From Candidatus Micrarchaeia archaeon (GTDB lineage: Archaea > Micrarchaeota > Micrarchaeia > CABMEP01): a DNA stretch of 64,000 nucleotides. Position numbers and translations under genes: made by a program. The stretch is from positions 6,390 to 70,389 of the forward strand of contig JAVZRC010000004.1 in NCBI GenBank assembly GCA_038880755.1, given 5' to 3'. Positions 9,467 through 18,876 of this stretch are shown piece after piece. The notes under the pieces are model-generated. The model searched no databases. It saw only the letters and a program-made list of their open reading frames with translations, and was not told the DNA's origin. Within the stretch, counting starts at the first letter, position 1; each line of letters begins with the position of its first letter.

Positions 9467-9952
9467 TCAATTCTTCTTTTCTTTACCTTTAATTTTACCT
9501 ACTAAAAGCTGGGCGAAACCTCCTAGGAAAATAAATGAAAGCCAGAACCAACCGTATGCACCGAATGTATCTCTAAATGTAACACTAAATAAGGTGGGCC
9601 TAAATGGAACTGGGATCTGAAATGGAAGTATTATTGTGAAATTAGAGAACGAAGATTGGATAAAGGGGGGAACTAGCATTGCAAATGGAAGAAGAATTGC
9701 TAAAGACATGAATTGAAGCTTGAGAAGCTCAAAGGAATTTTTCTGGGACTCCTTCAGCTTAGGCTCAAGTTCATCGAGCTTTTTCATATCTTTCTTTGCC
9801 AATGCCTTGAAATATTCCTTATTCAATTCGTTGTTAAATTTTTGTATTTCCTGCATCCTTGTCGAAATGTTCAATTTCTTAAGAACATATGTTATTGCAA
9901 ACGATGATATTACAGCAGTAACTGAAATTATTATCATAACTGACGTATCCAT
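9467..9952 (-). CDS. DUF106 / EMC3-TMCO1-like membrane protein (archaeal Oxa1-superfamily insertase candidate)
   Basis: One N-terminal TM segment, then an amphipathic coiled region (MQEIQKFNNELNKEYFKALAKKDMKKLDEL), then C-terminal TM segments. This is the conserved neighbour of adk and cmk in archaea. Confidence 0.6.
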   Translation of the reverse strand: MDTSVMIIISVTAVISSFAITYVLKKLNISTRMQEIQKFNNELNKEYFKALAKKDMKKLDELEPKLKESQKNSFELLKLQFMSLAILLPFAMLVPPFIQSSFSNFTIILPFQIPVPFRPTLFSVTFRDTFGAYGWFWLSFIFLGGFAQLLVGKIKGKEKKN

Positions 9953-10071
9953 ATAAATCCACCTTTTACCTCAGATTTTTAAGATTTATCATAATTAAAC
10001 CATCGAACAACTTGAATGTAGATGTACTTGAATATAAATGTATAAGCATGACATAATATAAATGCAAACAG

Positions 10072-10092
10072 AATATAAAAATCTTTTGAAAT
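10072..10092. repeat. Left copy of a 21-bp direct repeat AATATAAAAATCTTTTGAAAT (candidate target-site duplication)
   Basis: Identical 21-mer at 14912-14932. Both copies lie just outside the inverted repeats. Confidence 0.7.
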
Positions 10093-10095
10093 ATA

Positions 10096-10297
10096 GGCTT
10101 TGTAGAAATCCTATGATGAGAAAATATGATTTCTTCATCATTAGAATACATAGATTGTAGACAAGTGCTTTCAGCTTAATTTCCTTCTTCTTTACCTCGA
10201 TGAGTCTGCTCTGCAGATCTCCACCAAATTTTCTCTTGATTGCAGAAAAGACAGTTTCAGCCATATTCCTTCTTCCATAAACTGTTTTATCAGGATC
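10096..10297 (-). pseudogene. DDE transposase C-terminal fragment (IS4/IS5-like)
   Basis: Minus-strand frame LDPDKTVYGRRNMAETVFSAIKRKFGGDLQSRLIEVKKKEIKLKALVYNL matches the conserved C-terminal Y..R..vE..Fs.iKr.fG...r block of DDE transposases. There is no upstream catalytic region. The frame reads into the terminal repeat. Confidence 0.6.
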
Positions 10298-10352
10298 TAA
10301 TTAAAAAGATTTTAAAAGAGTAGACGTGTATATAATTTTAGGAGGGGGTTTT

Positions 10353-10628
10353 ATGGTAGATGTCAATACCAAAAGTATTGAGGAAGCTATTACATCAAAT
10401 GTCAGGGACGCGCTGAACGGCGACAAAGAGGCATGTAAGAGATTGAATCTTCTGATTCAACTTCCTTTTTCTTCTATAAGAAAGCTATTTCATACTACTG
10501 AAGAATCAAAACATGCACTTGACCTGATCGCAGGAGTCAAGGCGACACAGAAAAATCCTGATAGAGATGCTGTGAGATATTGTGAAACTAACTTACCTGA
10601 GGTGTTGGGTAGGAAGATAAAGGTGTAA
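10353..10628 (+). CDS. Hypothetical small protein (91 aa), first gene of the cargo
   Basis: Strong SD AGGAGGGGG lies 5 nt upstream of the ATG at 10353. The stop is 2 nt before the next start. No family recognised. Confidence 0.55.
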   Translation: MVDVNTKSIEEAITSNVRDALNGDKEACKRLNLLIQLPFSSIRKLFHTTEESKHALDLIAGVKATQKNPDRDAVRYCETNLPEVLGRKIKV

Positions 10629-10630
10629 TT

Positions 10631-13600
10631 ATGCCAGAAGAAAAGAAGCCAAAAAGGTCAATAAAAGAGATTGTTAATGAGGCTAAGAAACAACACAAGC
10701 TACCAGAGTTGGTTGAATCTCTGAGAACAGATATTGAAAAGGCGAAGATGAGCAAGGAGGAGATCAAAGAAATTTACAGAGAGATTCCAAAGGACAGGCT
10801 GGAGAAGTACAAAGCGACAGCGAAGGAGATCGGCATCGAGCCGACAGCAGAGAATATCGTCGCACTTTACATTCAGGAGAAGTCGACGGAACAGATCAGT
10901 GCGATGCAGGCTATCCTCGCAAATGCAGAGACGTTAAGATCATTTCAGGAAGCACTCTCCACTGCAAAATCAATAATAGGTAGCGATGACCGCGCAATCG
11001 CCCTCAGCGAAATAGCCAAGGCACAGGCATCCTCAGGCATGACAAAGGAAGCAACTGCAACATTCCAAGAAGCAATCTCCACTGCAAAATCAATAGAAGA
11101 CAGCAATGACCGCGCAAAAGCCCTCATAGAGATAGCCAAGGCACAGGCATCCTCAGGCATGACAAAGGAAGCAACTGCAACATTCCAAGAAGCAATCTCC
11201 ACTGCAAAGTCAATAGAAGACAGCGATGAGCGCGCAAAAGCCCTCATAGAGATAGCCAAGGCACAGGCATCCTCAGGCATGACAAAGGAAGCAACTGCAA
11301 CATTCCAAGAAGCAATCTCCACTGCAAAATCAATAGAAGACAGCAATGACCGCGCAAAAGCCCTCAGAGAAATAGCCAAGGCACAGGCATCCTCAGGCAT
11401 GACAAAGGAAGCCCTCTCCACTGCAAAATCAATAGAAAATGATTATGACCGCGCAGCAGCCCTAAGAGAAATAGCTAAAGCACAAGCACAAGCAGGTATG
11501 ATAAAAGAAGCATCATCCACATTCCAAGAAGCAATCTCAACTGCAAAATCAATAGAAGATGATTATAACCGCGCATCCGTCCTCACAGGAATAGCCAAGG
11601 CACAAGCACAATCCGGTATGACAAAGGACGCATCATCCACATTCCAAGAAGCACTCTCCACTGCAAAATCAATAGAAGATGATTATTACCGCGCATCCGT
11701 CCTCACAGGAATAGCCAAGGCACAAGCACAATTCGGCATGTTCCAAGAAGCCATCTCCACTGCAAAATCAATAGAATATAGCGATTTCCGCGCAGAAGCC
11801 CTCGGAGAGATAGCCAAGGCACAAGCACAATTCGGCATGTTCCAAGAAGCACTCTCCACTGCAAAATCAATAGAAAATGGTTATTTCCGCGCATACGCCC
11901 TCAGTGCAATAGCTAAAGCCCAAGTACAAGCTGGCATGTTACAAGAAGCACTCTCCACTGCAAAATCAATAGAAAATGGTTATTTCCGCGCATACGCCCT
12001 CAGTGCAATAGCCATAGCACAAGCATCCTCAGGTATGATAAAGGAAGCATCATCCACATTCCAAGAAGCAATCTCTGCTGCAAAATCAATAATAGGTAGC
12101 GATGACCGCGCAATCGCCCTCAGCGAAATAGCCAAGGCACAGGCATCCTCAGGCATGATAAATGAAGCCCTCTCCACCGCAAAGTCAATAGAAAACAGCG
12201 ATGACCGCGCAGTAGCTCTAAGAGAGATAGCCAAGGCACAGGCATCCTCAGGCATGACAAAGGAAGCAACTGCAACATTCCAAGAAGCAATCTCAACTGC
12301 AAAATCAATAGAAGATGATTATAACCGCGCATACGCCCTCAGAGAGATAGCCAAGGCACAAACATCCTCAGCAAAATTAATCCAACCAGTCCAATACGAT
12401 ACGTTCATCTCCATGTTGCCATCGGCAGATACAACCCTGATCGGGGCGATAGGGATGCAACTCCCGCTGTCGGAAATGGACAAGGTTTTATCCTCGCTCA
12501 AGGATCCTGTCAAGAGAAAAAGGGCAGAGATGCTCATGACAGAGGCGAGGACAAGCCTTTACCATATCTACAATATATCTGAAGAGGAGAAGGAGCTGCT
12601 CTTCAACAAATACAGGGAAGAGTTTAGAAGCTACCTCTCAAAAGCCGAGGAGCACAAGCACTATGAGCTGAAACTGATCTCAAGGATACTCTTCAATCTT
12701 GATGTCTCCACCGGCGAGCACACCTCATTCGCACTGCTCTTCGATGCGGCAAAGAAGCTTCCGGCCGGATCAGACGCTATCAACAGAATACTCTACACCC
12801 TTGCAGAGATGGACAGCTATAAAGGCAAGGATCTTGTGATGCAGATGATATCGAAAGGCAGTCTGGATCCAAGAGTAGAGTGGCTGCTCCTCCACAAGCT
12901 ATCGGAGACAAAATACCTGGATCCGACGCTGCCACAGTTCTACGAGAAAGAGATCAAAGGCACTTCGGGCAAAGAGAATACAAGCAAGAAAGCGGAAATT
13001 TTGGAGACGATAAGAAAGCTCAAATCCGAAGTCGGAATCAATCCAGACTCCAGCATACTAGACTTCCTGCTCAACAAAAAGATAAAAGACAGGGAAGGGA
13101 AGGAAGCTGTGACAGTGGACGAGAAGATCGCCCTCGCCAAGGAATATAAGTCAGAATTCGATAGAATAAAAGACAAGGATGCGCTTGTCTCCTCCCTCTC
13201 CAAGGACAGGACAAAGGCGATATTCTACTTCATACTCTACGGAGGAAGGACAAGGTTCTCCCTGGTCAACAATTACGACAGCTCCAAGTTCATGAAGGCA
13301 CTGGAGGTTGCGTCTAATCTGGAAATCCATAACGGTCCATTGGATGAGTTCGTATCCATGATGAAGGACAAGAATGTGAGGGAGAGGCTTCTTGCCGGCA
13401 CCTTCCCTGTCACCGGAGAGAAATACTCCAAGGAGATCAGGGTGGACGTTTCCAATTCAGAAGAGCTGTCATCTATAGAAAAATTCGCATCAGAGATATT
13501 CGGAAAGAACCAGATGGGCGCCATACTTAAGGTGAAACACTACATGAACCGGCTGAGGGAGATGGGAGACAATGACCTCGCAGATAGGATAAGCAAGGCA

Positions 13601-14620
13601 GGCGGACTGGCAGACCTTCCACAGCTCCTCTCAGAAGCAGAGTCCAGGCATCCAGAGCTGGTTGTGGAAGTAGAGAAGAAGCATTCCGTCCTGTGGAGCA
13701 AGATGGCAGAGAAGAAGATTTTCTCAATGTCCCTCTATGCTGCATTGACAAACGATGCGAATAAGATCAGTATCAAAGAGCTGATCAAGAATATTGAAAT
13801 CCAGAGGAAGGCGCTGGAGTTCGCTGTCAGGCAGCAGTACAAGGCGGGAGCCATAGAAAAGATGGTCCGCGACGAGAGACTTGAGGCGCTGCAGGAGAAG
13901 AGCAAGGCGAAGTTGCTCGCCTACCTGCTGAGCGAAACGATAAGATCAGACACAGAGATAGAGAACAGGCTTCTTTCGGAATGGCAGGCTCATCTAGACC
14001 AGGTATTCCAATCATACGACAGGCTGGGTGCGGCCGAAACTGAAAGAGTAAAGGAAAGGACAGTGGTCCTGAGATACCTGGACAAGAGAGAAGACCTGAT
14101 AGAGTGCCTGAGGTTCGCGGACTCAGCACAGTGCTGCTTCAACAGCAAGAACTACAGGATAGAAGGTCACAATGTAGGGGCGCTGGAGTGGATAGCAAGG
14201 ATATGGAAGGATCCGCTTTCGTTCGTATTCCAGATTGAGGCGCCAGAAGCAGAAGGAACAAGAAATGCGATAGGCTTTGTTTTCGGCAGCTTCGGCATCT
14301 TTGAAGGCAAGCCTGCTGTCCTGCTGAACGGAGTTTACATGGAAGGGAGGACAAAGACGGCTGCGCATAGCATCCTTGCTACAATAGAGAATGATTTTAG
14401 CCGTCCTCTGGGCGCAGTAGCACAGTTCGTTGCCTCGAGGCATGGCGGTTCGGTGGATATGCCGAAGGAGTATTCGAACAAACAGGTGACGGTCAGGAGG
14501 CTGCGTGCGATAAAGGGTAGCGATGGAAGGCCGGAGACTGAAGTGTACGATGATATGAATGTAGGGGCGAACAATGAGTCCACAACAGATGGCAACTTCT
14601 GGCACAAAGAAATATCCTAA
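10631..14620 (+). CDS. Giant hypothetical protein (1329 aa): 13 TPR-like alpha-helical repeats plus an uncharacterised C-terminal region
   Basis: Long ORF with an AAGGTG SD. Repeats follow the form FQEAISTAKSIEDSNDRAKALIEIAKAQASSGMTKEATAT. The C-terminal region carries CLRFADSAQCCFNS and NGVYMEG motifs of unknown family. Confidence 0.8.
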   Translation: MPEEKKPKRSIKEIVNEAKKQHKLPELVESLRTDIEKAKMSKEEIKEIYREIPKDRLEKYKATAKEIGIEPTAENIVALYIQEKSTEQISAMQAILANAETLRSFQEALSTAKSIIGSDDRAIALSEIAKAQASSGMTKEATATFQEAISTAKSIEDSNDRAKALIEIAKAQASSGMTKEATATFQEAISTAKSIEDSDERAKALIEIAKAQASSGMTKEATATFQEAISTAKSIEDSNDRAKALREIAKAQASSGMTKEALSTAKSIENDYDRAAALREIAKAQAQAGMIKEASSTFQEAISTAKSIEDDYNRASVLTGIAKAQAQSGMTKDASSTFQEALSTAKSIEDDYYRASVLTGIAKAQAQFGMFQEAISTAKSIEYSDFRAEALGEIAKAQAQFGMFQEALSTAKSIENGYFRAYALSAIAKAQVQAGMLQEALSTAKSIENGYFRAYALSAIAIAQASSGMIKEASSTFQEAISAAKSIIGSDDRAIALSEIAKAQASSGMINEALSTAKSIENSDDRAVALREIAKAQASSGMTKEATATFQEAISTAKSIEDDYNRAYALREIAKAQTSSAKLIQPVQYDTFISMLPSADTTLIGAIGMQLPLSEMDKVLSSLKDPVKRKRAEMLMTEARTSLYHIYNISEEEKELLFNKYREEFRSYLSKAEEHKHYELKLISRILFNLDVSTGEHTSFALLFDAAKKLPAGSDAINRILYTLAEMDSYKGKDLVMQMISKGSLDPRVEWLLLHKLSETKYLDPTLPQFYEKEIKGTSGKENTSKKAEILETIRKLKSEVGINPDSSILDFLLNKKIKDREGKEAVTVDEKIALAKEYKSEFDRIKDKDALVSSLSKDRTKAIFYFILYGGRTRFSLVNNYDSSKFMKALEVASNLEIHNGPLDEFVSMMKDKNVRERLLAGTFPVTGEKYSKEIRVDVSNSEELSSIEKFASEIFGKNQMGAILKVKHYMNRLREMGDNDLADRISKAGGLADLPQLLSEAESRHPELVVEVEKKHSVLWSKMAEKKIFSMSLYAALTNDANKISIKELIKNIEIQRKALEFAVRQQYKAGAIEKMVRDERLEALQEKSKAKLLAYLLSETIRSDTEIENRLLSEWQAHLDQVFQSYDRLGAAETERVKERTVVLRYLDKREDLIECLRFADSAQCCFNSKNYRIEGHNVGALEWIARIWKDPLSFVFQIEAPEAEGTRNAIGFVFGSFGIFEGKPAVLLNGVYMEGRTKTAAHSILATIENDFSRPLGAVAQFVASRHGGSVDMPKEYSNKQVTVRRLRAIKGSDGRPETEVYDDMNVGANNESTTDGNFWHKEIS
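10944..12370 (+). repeat. In-frame tandem repeat array (13 units of 99-120 bp) inside the giant gene
   Basis: 120-bp periodicity with near identity: lines 11041, 11161 and 11281 are identical apart from a single A/G difference in the 11161 copy. 99-bp units occur around 11860-12000. A ~75-bp exact copy of 10960-11040 recurs at 12083-12160. Confidence 0.9.
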
Positions 14621-14655
14621 TTTATGATGTATGATGTGATATAATTTCTATTTTT

Positions 14656-14841
14656 TTAGCTTTTATATCCCAGTTTATCTTCGAGTAAAATTATTTTCAG
14701 AACTACATCACTAGGAATTGATGTTGAGTAAATGTTTCTTAGAGAATTTAGAGGAGTTTTAGAATTTGAGATTCCTTTCTGTTTTACTAACTGGAAGCCT
14801 AATATGATAAGCTTTTTAAGTTTATTCTGCCTCTTAGACAT
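14656..14841 (-). pseudogene. Possible N-terminal remnant of the IS transposase
   Basis: 61-aa ORF (MSKRQNKLKKLIILGFQLVKQKG...) starting ~50 nt inside the right terminal repeat, on the same strand as the C-terminal fragment. The assignment rests on position only. Confidence 0.3.
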
Positions 14842-14911
14842 CGTATACCTCTTGGCATGGTCGCCAAGAGTTTATACTCATAATAATTTAAGAGGATTTC
14901 TACAGAGCCGA

Positions 14912-14932
14912 AATATAAAAATCTTTTGAAAT
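14912..14932. repeat. Right copy of the 21-bp direct repeat AATATAAAAATCTTTTGAAAT
   Basis: Identical to 10072-10092. Confidence 0.7.
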
Positions 14933-14971
14933 GAGTAAAAATAAAGATACATATGTCTTTTATAGATATCT

Positions 14972-15562
14972 CTATATTTTCCATGAATAAATTTTAGATA
15001 TAATTCTATCCAATTCCATCACGCTTTCCTTTAGCTTTCCTTTTCTATTTATAATAATGTAATAAGGTTTTCCGGTTGCTGCAGAATAAACGTTTATCAT
15101 CGAAAGAGAAACCTCACGAAGAGCATTGATGTCATTGGCAGTGAAAGTTGGGCGTTTTCTGCTAACATCTAATTCCCTTCTTTCAAGAATCTCATTGGTT
15201 GGAGCGTCTATAAAAATAAACGCATCGATAGGCACTGAAGAAAGAAGTTCGTATGACAATCCAGGCATATAGCCCGAGGGCTTTTTTAGAGCAGCATGGG
15301 TGTCAAGAAAAAGTATACGTCCAATTTTTGATTCTTTTTTTTCTATAGAATTTATTTCAGATATTGCTAAATTCTGAATTTTTTTATGCTGTGATTCTGG
15401 CAGATTGTTGATTTCGTCTCTATTTGTTACATTAAATTCATTTTTTGCAAACCTTAAAACAATGTCTCCATAATTTAGTACTGAAATTTTTTTATTTTTC
15501 TTTATTAGCTCCCTGAGAATTGTAGACTTCCCGACTCCAGGAAGTCCCATTATAACAATCAT
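14972..15562 (-). CDS. adkA: Adenylate kinase, archaeal type
   Basis: MIVIMGLPGVGKST P-loop at the N-terminus. 196 aa. Located downstream of secY as in most archaea. Confidence 0.85.
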   Translation of the reverse strand: MIVIMGLPGVGKSTILRELIKKNKKISVLNYGDIVLRFAKNEFNVTNRDEINNLPESQHKKIQNLAISEINSIEKKESKIGRILFLDTHAALKKPSGYMPGLSYELLSSVPIDAFIFIDAPTNEILERRELDVSRKRPTFTANDINALREVSLSMINVYSAATGKPYYIIINRKGKLKESVMELDRIISKIYSWKI

Positions 15563-15608
15563 TTATTGCACCGCCTATAAAGAGAAGATTTTCAATATAT
15601 TAAAGCGA

Positions 15609-17051
15609 TTAACCTTTCAAGAATTTTGTAATTCCTGGATACATTTCAAGAAGGTTTTGTTGCTTGAAATCTTCATAGAACTTGGATATTATTCCAACTG
15701 TAAGAAGAATTCCTGTTCCAGTTCCTATTGCACCAGTAAGGTCTGCAAGCACTGCAAGGAAACCTACGAACATGCTTCCAAGTATTGCAATAGTTGTTAT
15801 ATACTTGTCAAGAAGCTGCTCGATAATTCTTGGATCAGACCTGAAGCCAGGGATGGAAAGACCTGTCTGTGTTATCTGCTCTGCTACAGCAGATGCAGAC
15901 ATGTTTGATGCCTCCATCCAGAACCTTCCAAAAATAACACACAATGTAACATAAACAATAAGATAGATCAGGATGTGCACGATCTCTGGTATTCCAAACA
16001 AAGGAGTTGAACCTGAAATTGTAGCTATATAACCTTCATAAGAACCAACATACAATGGGTTTGTTATAGGTGAAATCATGTAAAGAATTCCATCTCTCAA
16101 CTGTCCATTTGCGTCTACCAATCCGATGTAAGGTATTATGTCTGTCTCACCTATCATAAAGCTGTGGTTGTAAAGCAAAGCTCTTGACAAAAGCTGGATA
16201 TTCATTAGCAATGCTGATGTAAGAATAACTGGAAGAACTGAAACGTAAAGAAGCTTCACTGGGAAGCGTGTTCCAAATCCTCTGAATGTCAAAGGAATTT
16301 CAACTTTAACTCCCTCTGCATATACTGAAAGACCTATTATGACAAACATAAATACAATCGGCAACAAGGCTATGAGCGCAGATGGGATTGCACCAGAACC
16401 TCCTACAGCCAATCTTCCAAGAACTGTCTGTGCAGGATCTATTCCATGGCCTCCGAATATTAATGAGATGCTACCTTGCACAACTGCCAATGAAACTCCT
16501 GCTGCGATGAATAATGAAATTCCAGAGCCAATTCCATATCTTGAAACTACTTCATCTAGGAATATCAAAAGTATGGATGTAAATGCGATCTGCGCTACTA
16601 TCAATCCCATTGCAAGGGATGCGGATGGAAAGTTTGGATCTGGGCCGACGTAAACTCCAGGGATTACAAACAATGCTGCCTCCACTATTGAAAGCGCTAT
16701 CGCAAGAACCTTCTGTGTTGCGCTGAATCTTCTCTTGTCAGCAGGATCATGCGGATCAAACTCAATAAGCTTTGCTCCTGCGAAAAGCTGCAAAAAGATT
16801 GATGCAAGAATTATTGGACCAATACCGATTGTCAATAACGTTCCTGTTTTGCTTGCAAGAACAGTTTGAATGAATTCAAGAAAAGTTCCTCCTTTAAGCT
16901 CACCTGCAAAAGGAACAATGTGATACATAGTGAAATACAAAATAAGTACGAGAAGCGTCCAGAATATCTTTTCATTTAATCCTAAAGGTCTATCAGGACT
17001 TTTAACTTCTGGAAGAAATGGAATTATTGGTTCAATAAAATTTAATTTCAA
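15609..17051 (-). CDS. secY: Preprotein translocase subunit SecY
   Basis: 480 aa and 10-TM-like. N-terminus IPFLPEVKSPDRPLGLNEKIFWT. Follows rpl15. Apparent TTG start 7 nt after a GAGGTG SD. Confidence 0.95.
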   Translation of the reverse strand: MKLNFIEPIIPFLPEVKSPDRPLGLNEKIFWTLLVLILYFTMYHIVPFAGELKGGTFLEFIQTVLASKTGTLLTIGIGPIILASIFLQLFAGAKLIEFDPHDPADKRRFSATQKVLAIALSIVEAALFVIPGVYVGPDPNFPSASLAMGLIVAQIAFTSILLIFLDEVVSRYGIGSGISLFIAAGVSLAVVQGSISLIFGGHGIDPAQTVLGRLAVGGSGAIPSALIALLPIVFMFVIIGLSVYAEGVKVEIPLTFRGFGTRFPVKLLYVSVLPVILTSALLMNIQLLSRALLYNHSFMIGETDIIPYIGLVDANGQLRDGILYMISPITNPLYVGSYEGYIATISGSTPLFGIPEIVHILIYLIVYVTLCVIFGRFWMEASNMSASAVAEQITQTGLSIPGFRSDPRIIEQLLDKYITTIAILGSMFVGFLAVLADLTGAIGTGTGILLTVGIISKFYEDFKQQNLLEMYPGITKFLKG

Positions 17052-17179
17052 CTAATACACCTCTCCATTGTTTCTTTTTTGATTATTTTGATTGTATTAT
17101 AATTATATGATTCACCAATAATCAACTGATAATTAATTATATCAATGAAATTATAGATTTACATCGTTTACAGAGGAAA

Positions 17180-17617
17180 TTATTGGTTTTCTTCTGCACC
17201 CACTATCTTTGCTTCCAATTTACCTCCTGCTGCTTCTATTTTTTTCTTTGCTGATTCTGTTGCTGCCACTGCTTTAACATGAACTGGAACAGATATTGAA
17301 CCTGAACCGAGTATCTTTCCAGGGAAATTGAAAACAAACATTGAACCTGATTTCTCAAGCTTTCCTGCAGTTGCCTTGTCGTTTATTTCTCTTACATTAA
17401 TGCATTCTAATTTTGGAGATGCATTTTTATTAACGAAACCGTACTTTCCAAAGTGATCTGGTTCATACTTTAGTATCCATGCCCATCTGTGCTTGTGCGC
17501 ACCTGCATATCCTTTTCCTCCTCTGCTTCCTTTTCCTCTTCTATTCTTTGTATTTCCTGCTCCAAAAGTTCTGCTTGCGAGATACTTCTTGTATTTGCTC
17601 TTAACTCTTCTTACCAT
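17180..17617 (-). CDS. rpl15: 50S ribosomal protein uL15
   Basis: GAGNTKNRRGKGSRGGKGYAGAHKHRW. Start refined to the ATG after a GGTGAT SD. Confidence 0.9.
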   Translation of the reverse strand: MVRRVKSKYKKYLASRTFGAGNTKNRRGKGSRGGKGYAGAHKHRWAWILKYEPDHFGKYGFVNKNASPKLECINVREINDKATAGKLEKSGSMFVFNFPGKILGSGSISVPVHVKAVAATESAKKKIEAAGGKLEAKIVGAEENQ

Positions 17618-17649
17618 AAGTATCACCAATTTAATTTCATAATGAATTA

Positions 17650-18072
17650 TTAAACCATTCTTAATATCAATTCGTCCATTTCTTTTCCTCTCGGGCCGAG
17701 AGCACCTTCAGGGTATCTAAGTTTTATGTTTTCCCATCCTTTTCTTGGAGAGTGAAGCCTAAAAACAGGCTTTATCTTTACTTCCTCTCCTTTTTCAATT
17801 GATTTAACTATCGAATCAACGTCTTTTTCATCCACTCTCTTATCACCGGGAAGTCTTCCTCTTTTTGAAACTAATTCTCTAAGTGTTTCTTGACTTATTT
17901 CTCCCCATGTAATGTAATCCTTAGCTACCTTTAGCATTCCTTCTAACTGCTTTGTCATTTTCGGATAAACAACACAGTGATGCTTCTTATGTAATCTAAG
18001 AAGTTCCATTGTCTTTCTGATGTCAGGCTTTATGCCTGCAACACCACGAACACGGACTATTGCTATAACCAT
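17650..18072 (-). CDS. rpl30: 50S ribosomal protein uL30
   Basis: AIVRVRGVAGIKPDIRKTMELLRLHKKHHCVV. Operon position supports the call. Confidence 0.9.
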   Translation of the reverse strand: MVIAIVRVRGVAGIKPDIRKTMELLRLHKKHHCVVYPKMTKQLEGMLKVAKDYITWGEISQETLRELVSKRGRLPGDKRVDEKDVDSIVKSIEKGEEVKIKPVFRLHSPRKGWENIKLRYPEGALGPRGKEMDELILRMV

Positions 18073-18146
18073 ATCAACCACTTCATATGTTTAAACATAA
18101 TTCTTCATTTTTTTTCAGATCTCAAATATTTCAGATATGCATAAAT

Positions 18147-18809
18147 CTAACTGAATTCTTTCTTAACCCTTATTCTGTTTAGCTGATCAAGAGCATCTAC
18201 TACAGCCATAGAGGTGTTGAACCTATTCTTTGTTCTTCCCTCTGCCTTTGTCCAGATGTCCTTGACTCCTGCAAGCTGAAGAACCTTCTTGACTATTTTG
18301 TTTGCTACTATTCCAGTTCCTCTTGGCGCAGGTCTTAATGTAATCTTAACTCCACCATGCTTTCCTGTGATCTGAATTGGAAGTGAATGCTTTGAACCGC
18401 AGTCACATTGTGATGAACCGCAACCAAGATTTACATGAATTATATTGTACTTTGCATCTCTTACTGCTGCCTCTATTGCAGGCCTTACTTCGTCAGCCTT
18501 TCCTTGACCAATACCTATATATTCCTGTCCATCTCCTACTACTACAACTGCCCTGTATTTTGCCTTTCTACCAGAGTCAGTCATACGCTGGGTGGAGGAC
18601 AATTCAATTGTTTCCTGCATAAGATTTGGCAATAAAACATCAACTATCTCTGATTCTAATATCGGCTTTCCTGATTTAAGAACATCATAAAGGCTAACTA
18701 TTTCCTTAGCCTTTACCTTTCTTCCAAGTTCTGTCTTAGGATTCCATGAATCTAATAAAGACTGTTCAACTGCCGAAGCTCTTTTTTGTTTTCCTTTCCT
18801 AAGTTTCAT
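18147..18809 (-). CDS. rps5: 30S ribosomal protein uS5
   Basis: RAVVVVGDGQEYIGIGQGKADEVRPAIEAAVRDAK and GTGIVA motifs. Confidence 0.9.
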   Translation of the reverse strand: MKLRKGKQKRASAVEQSLLDSWNPKTELGRKVKAKEIVSLYDVLKSGKPILESEIVDVLLPNLMQETIELSSTQRMTDSGRKAKYRAVVVVGDGQEYIGIGQGKADEVRPAIEAAVRDAKYNIIHVNLGCGSSQCDCGSKHSLPIQITGKHGGVKITLRPAPRGTGIVANKIVKKVLQLAGVKDIWTKAEGRTKNRFNTSMAVVDALDQLNRIRVKKEFS

Positions 18810-18876
18810 CAAATCAACCTCATACAATATAATATCAAACTTAAATTAACACCATAATATATCAAGAATTCATATC

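Larger units (their letters stand above)
10096..14909. mobile_element. Decayed IS / transposon-like element with GC-rich cargo, bounded by 17-bp terminal inverted repeats
   Basis: The left end GGCTTTGTAGAAATCCT (10096-10112) matches the reverse complement of 14893-14909 (GGCTCTGTAGAAATCCT) at 16 of 17 positions. Transposase fragments lie at both ends on the minus strand. The interior has much higher G+C than the flanks. Confidence 0.65.

Noticed and set aside
10944-12370. Regular 99-120-bp repeats that might be mistaken for a CRISPR array or satellite.
   Set aside because: The repeats are contiguous with no unique spacers. They are in frame within a long ORF and encode a coherent helical repeat protein.
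10945-14607. Numerous long antisense or alternate-frame ORFs inside the giant gene (for example 10945-11421, 11980-12255, 13527-13751, 13827-14129, 14123-14605).
   Set aside because: They lie within the GC-rich, repeat-rich coding region, where stop codons are rare on all frames. They have no SD or recognisable motifs and mirror the repeat periodicity of the sense frame.
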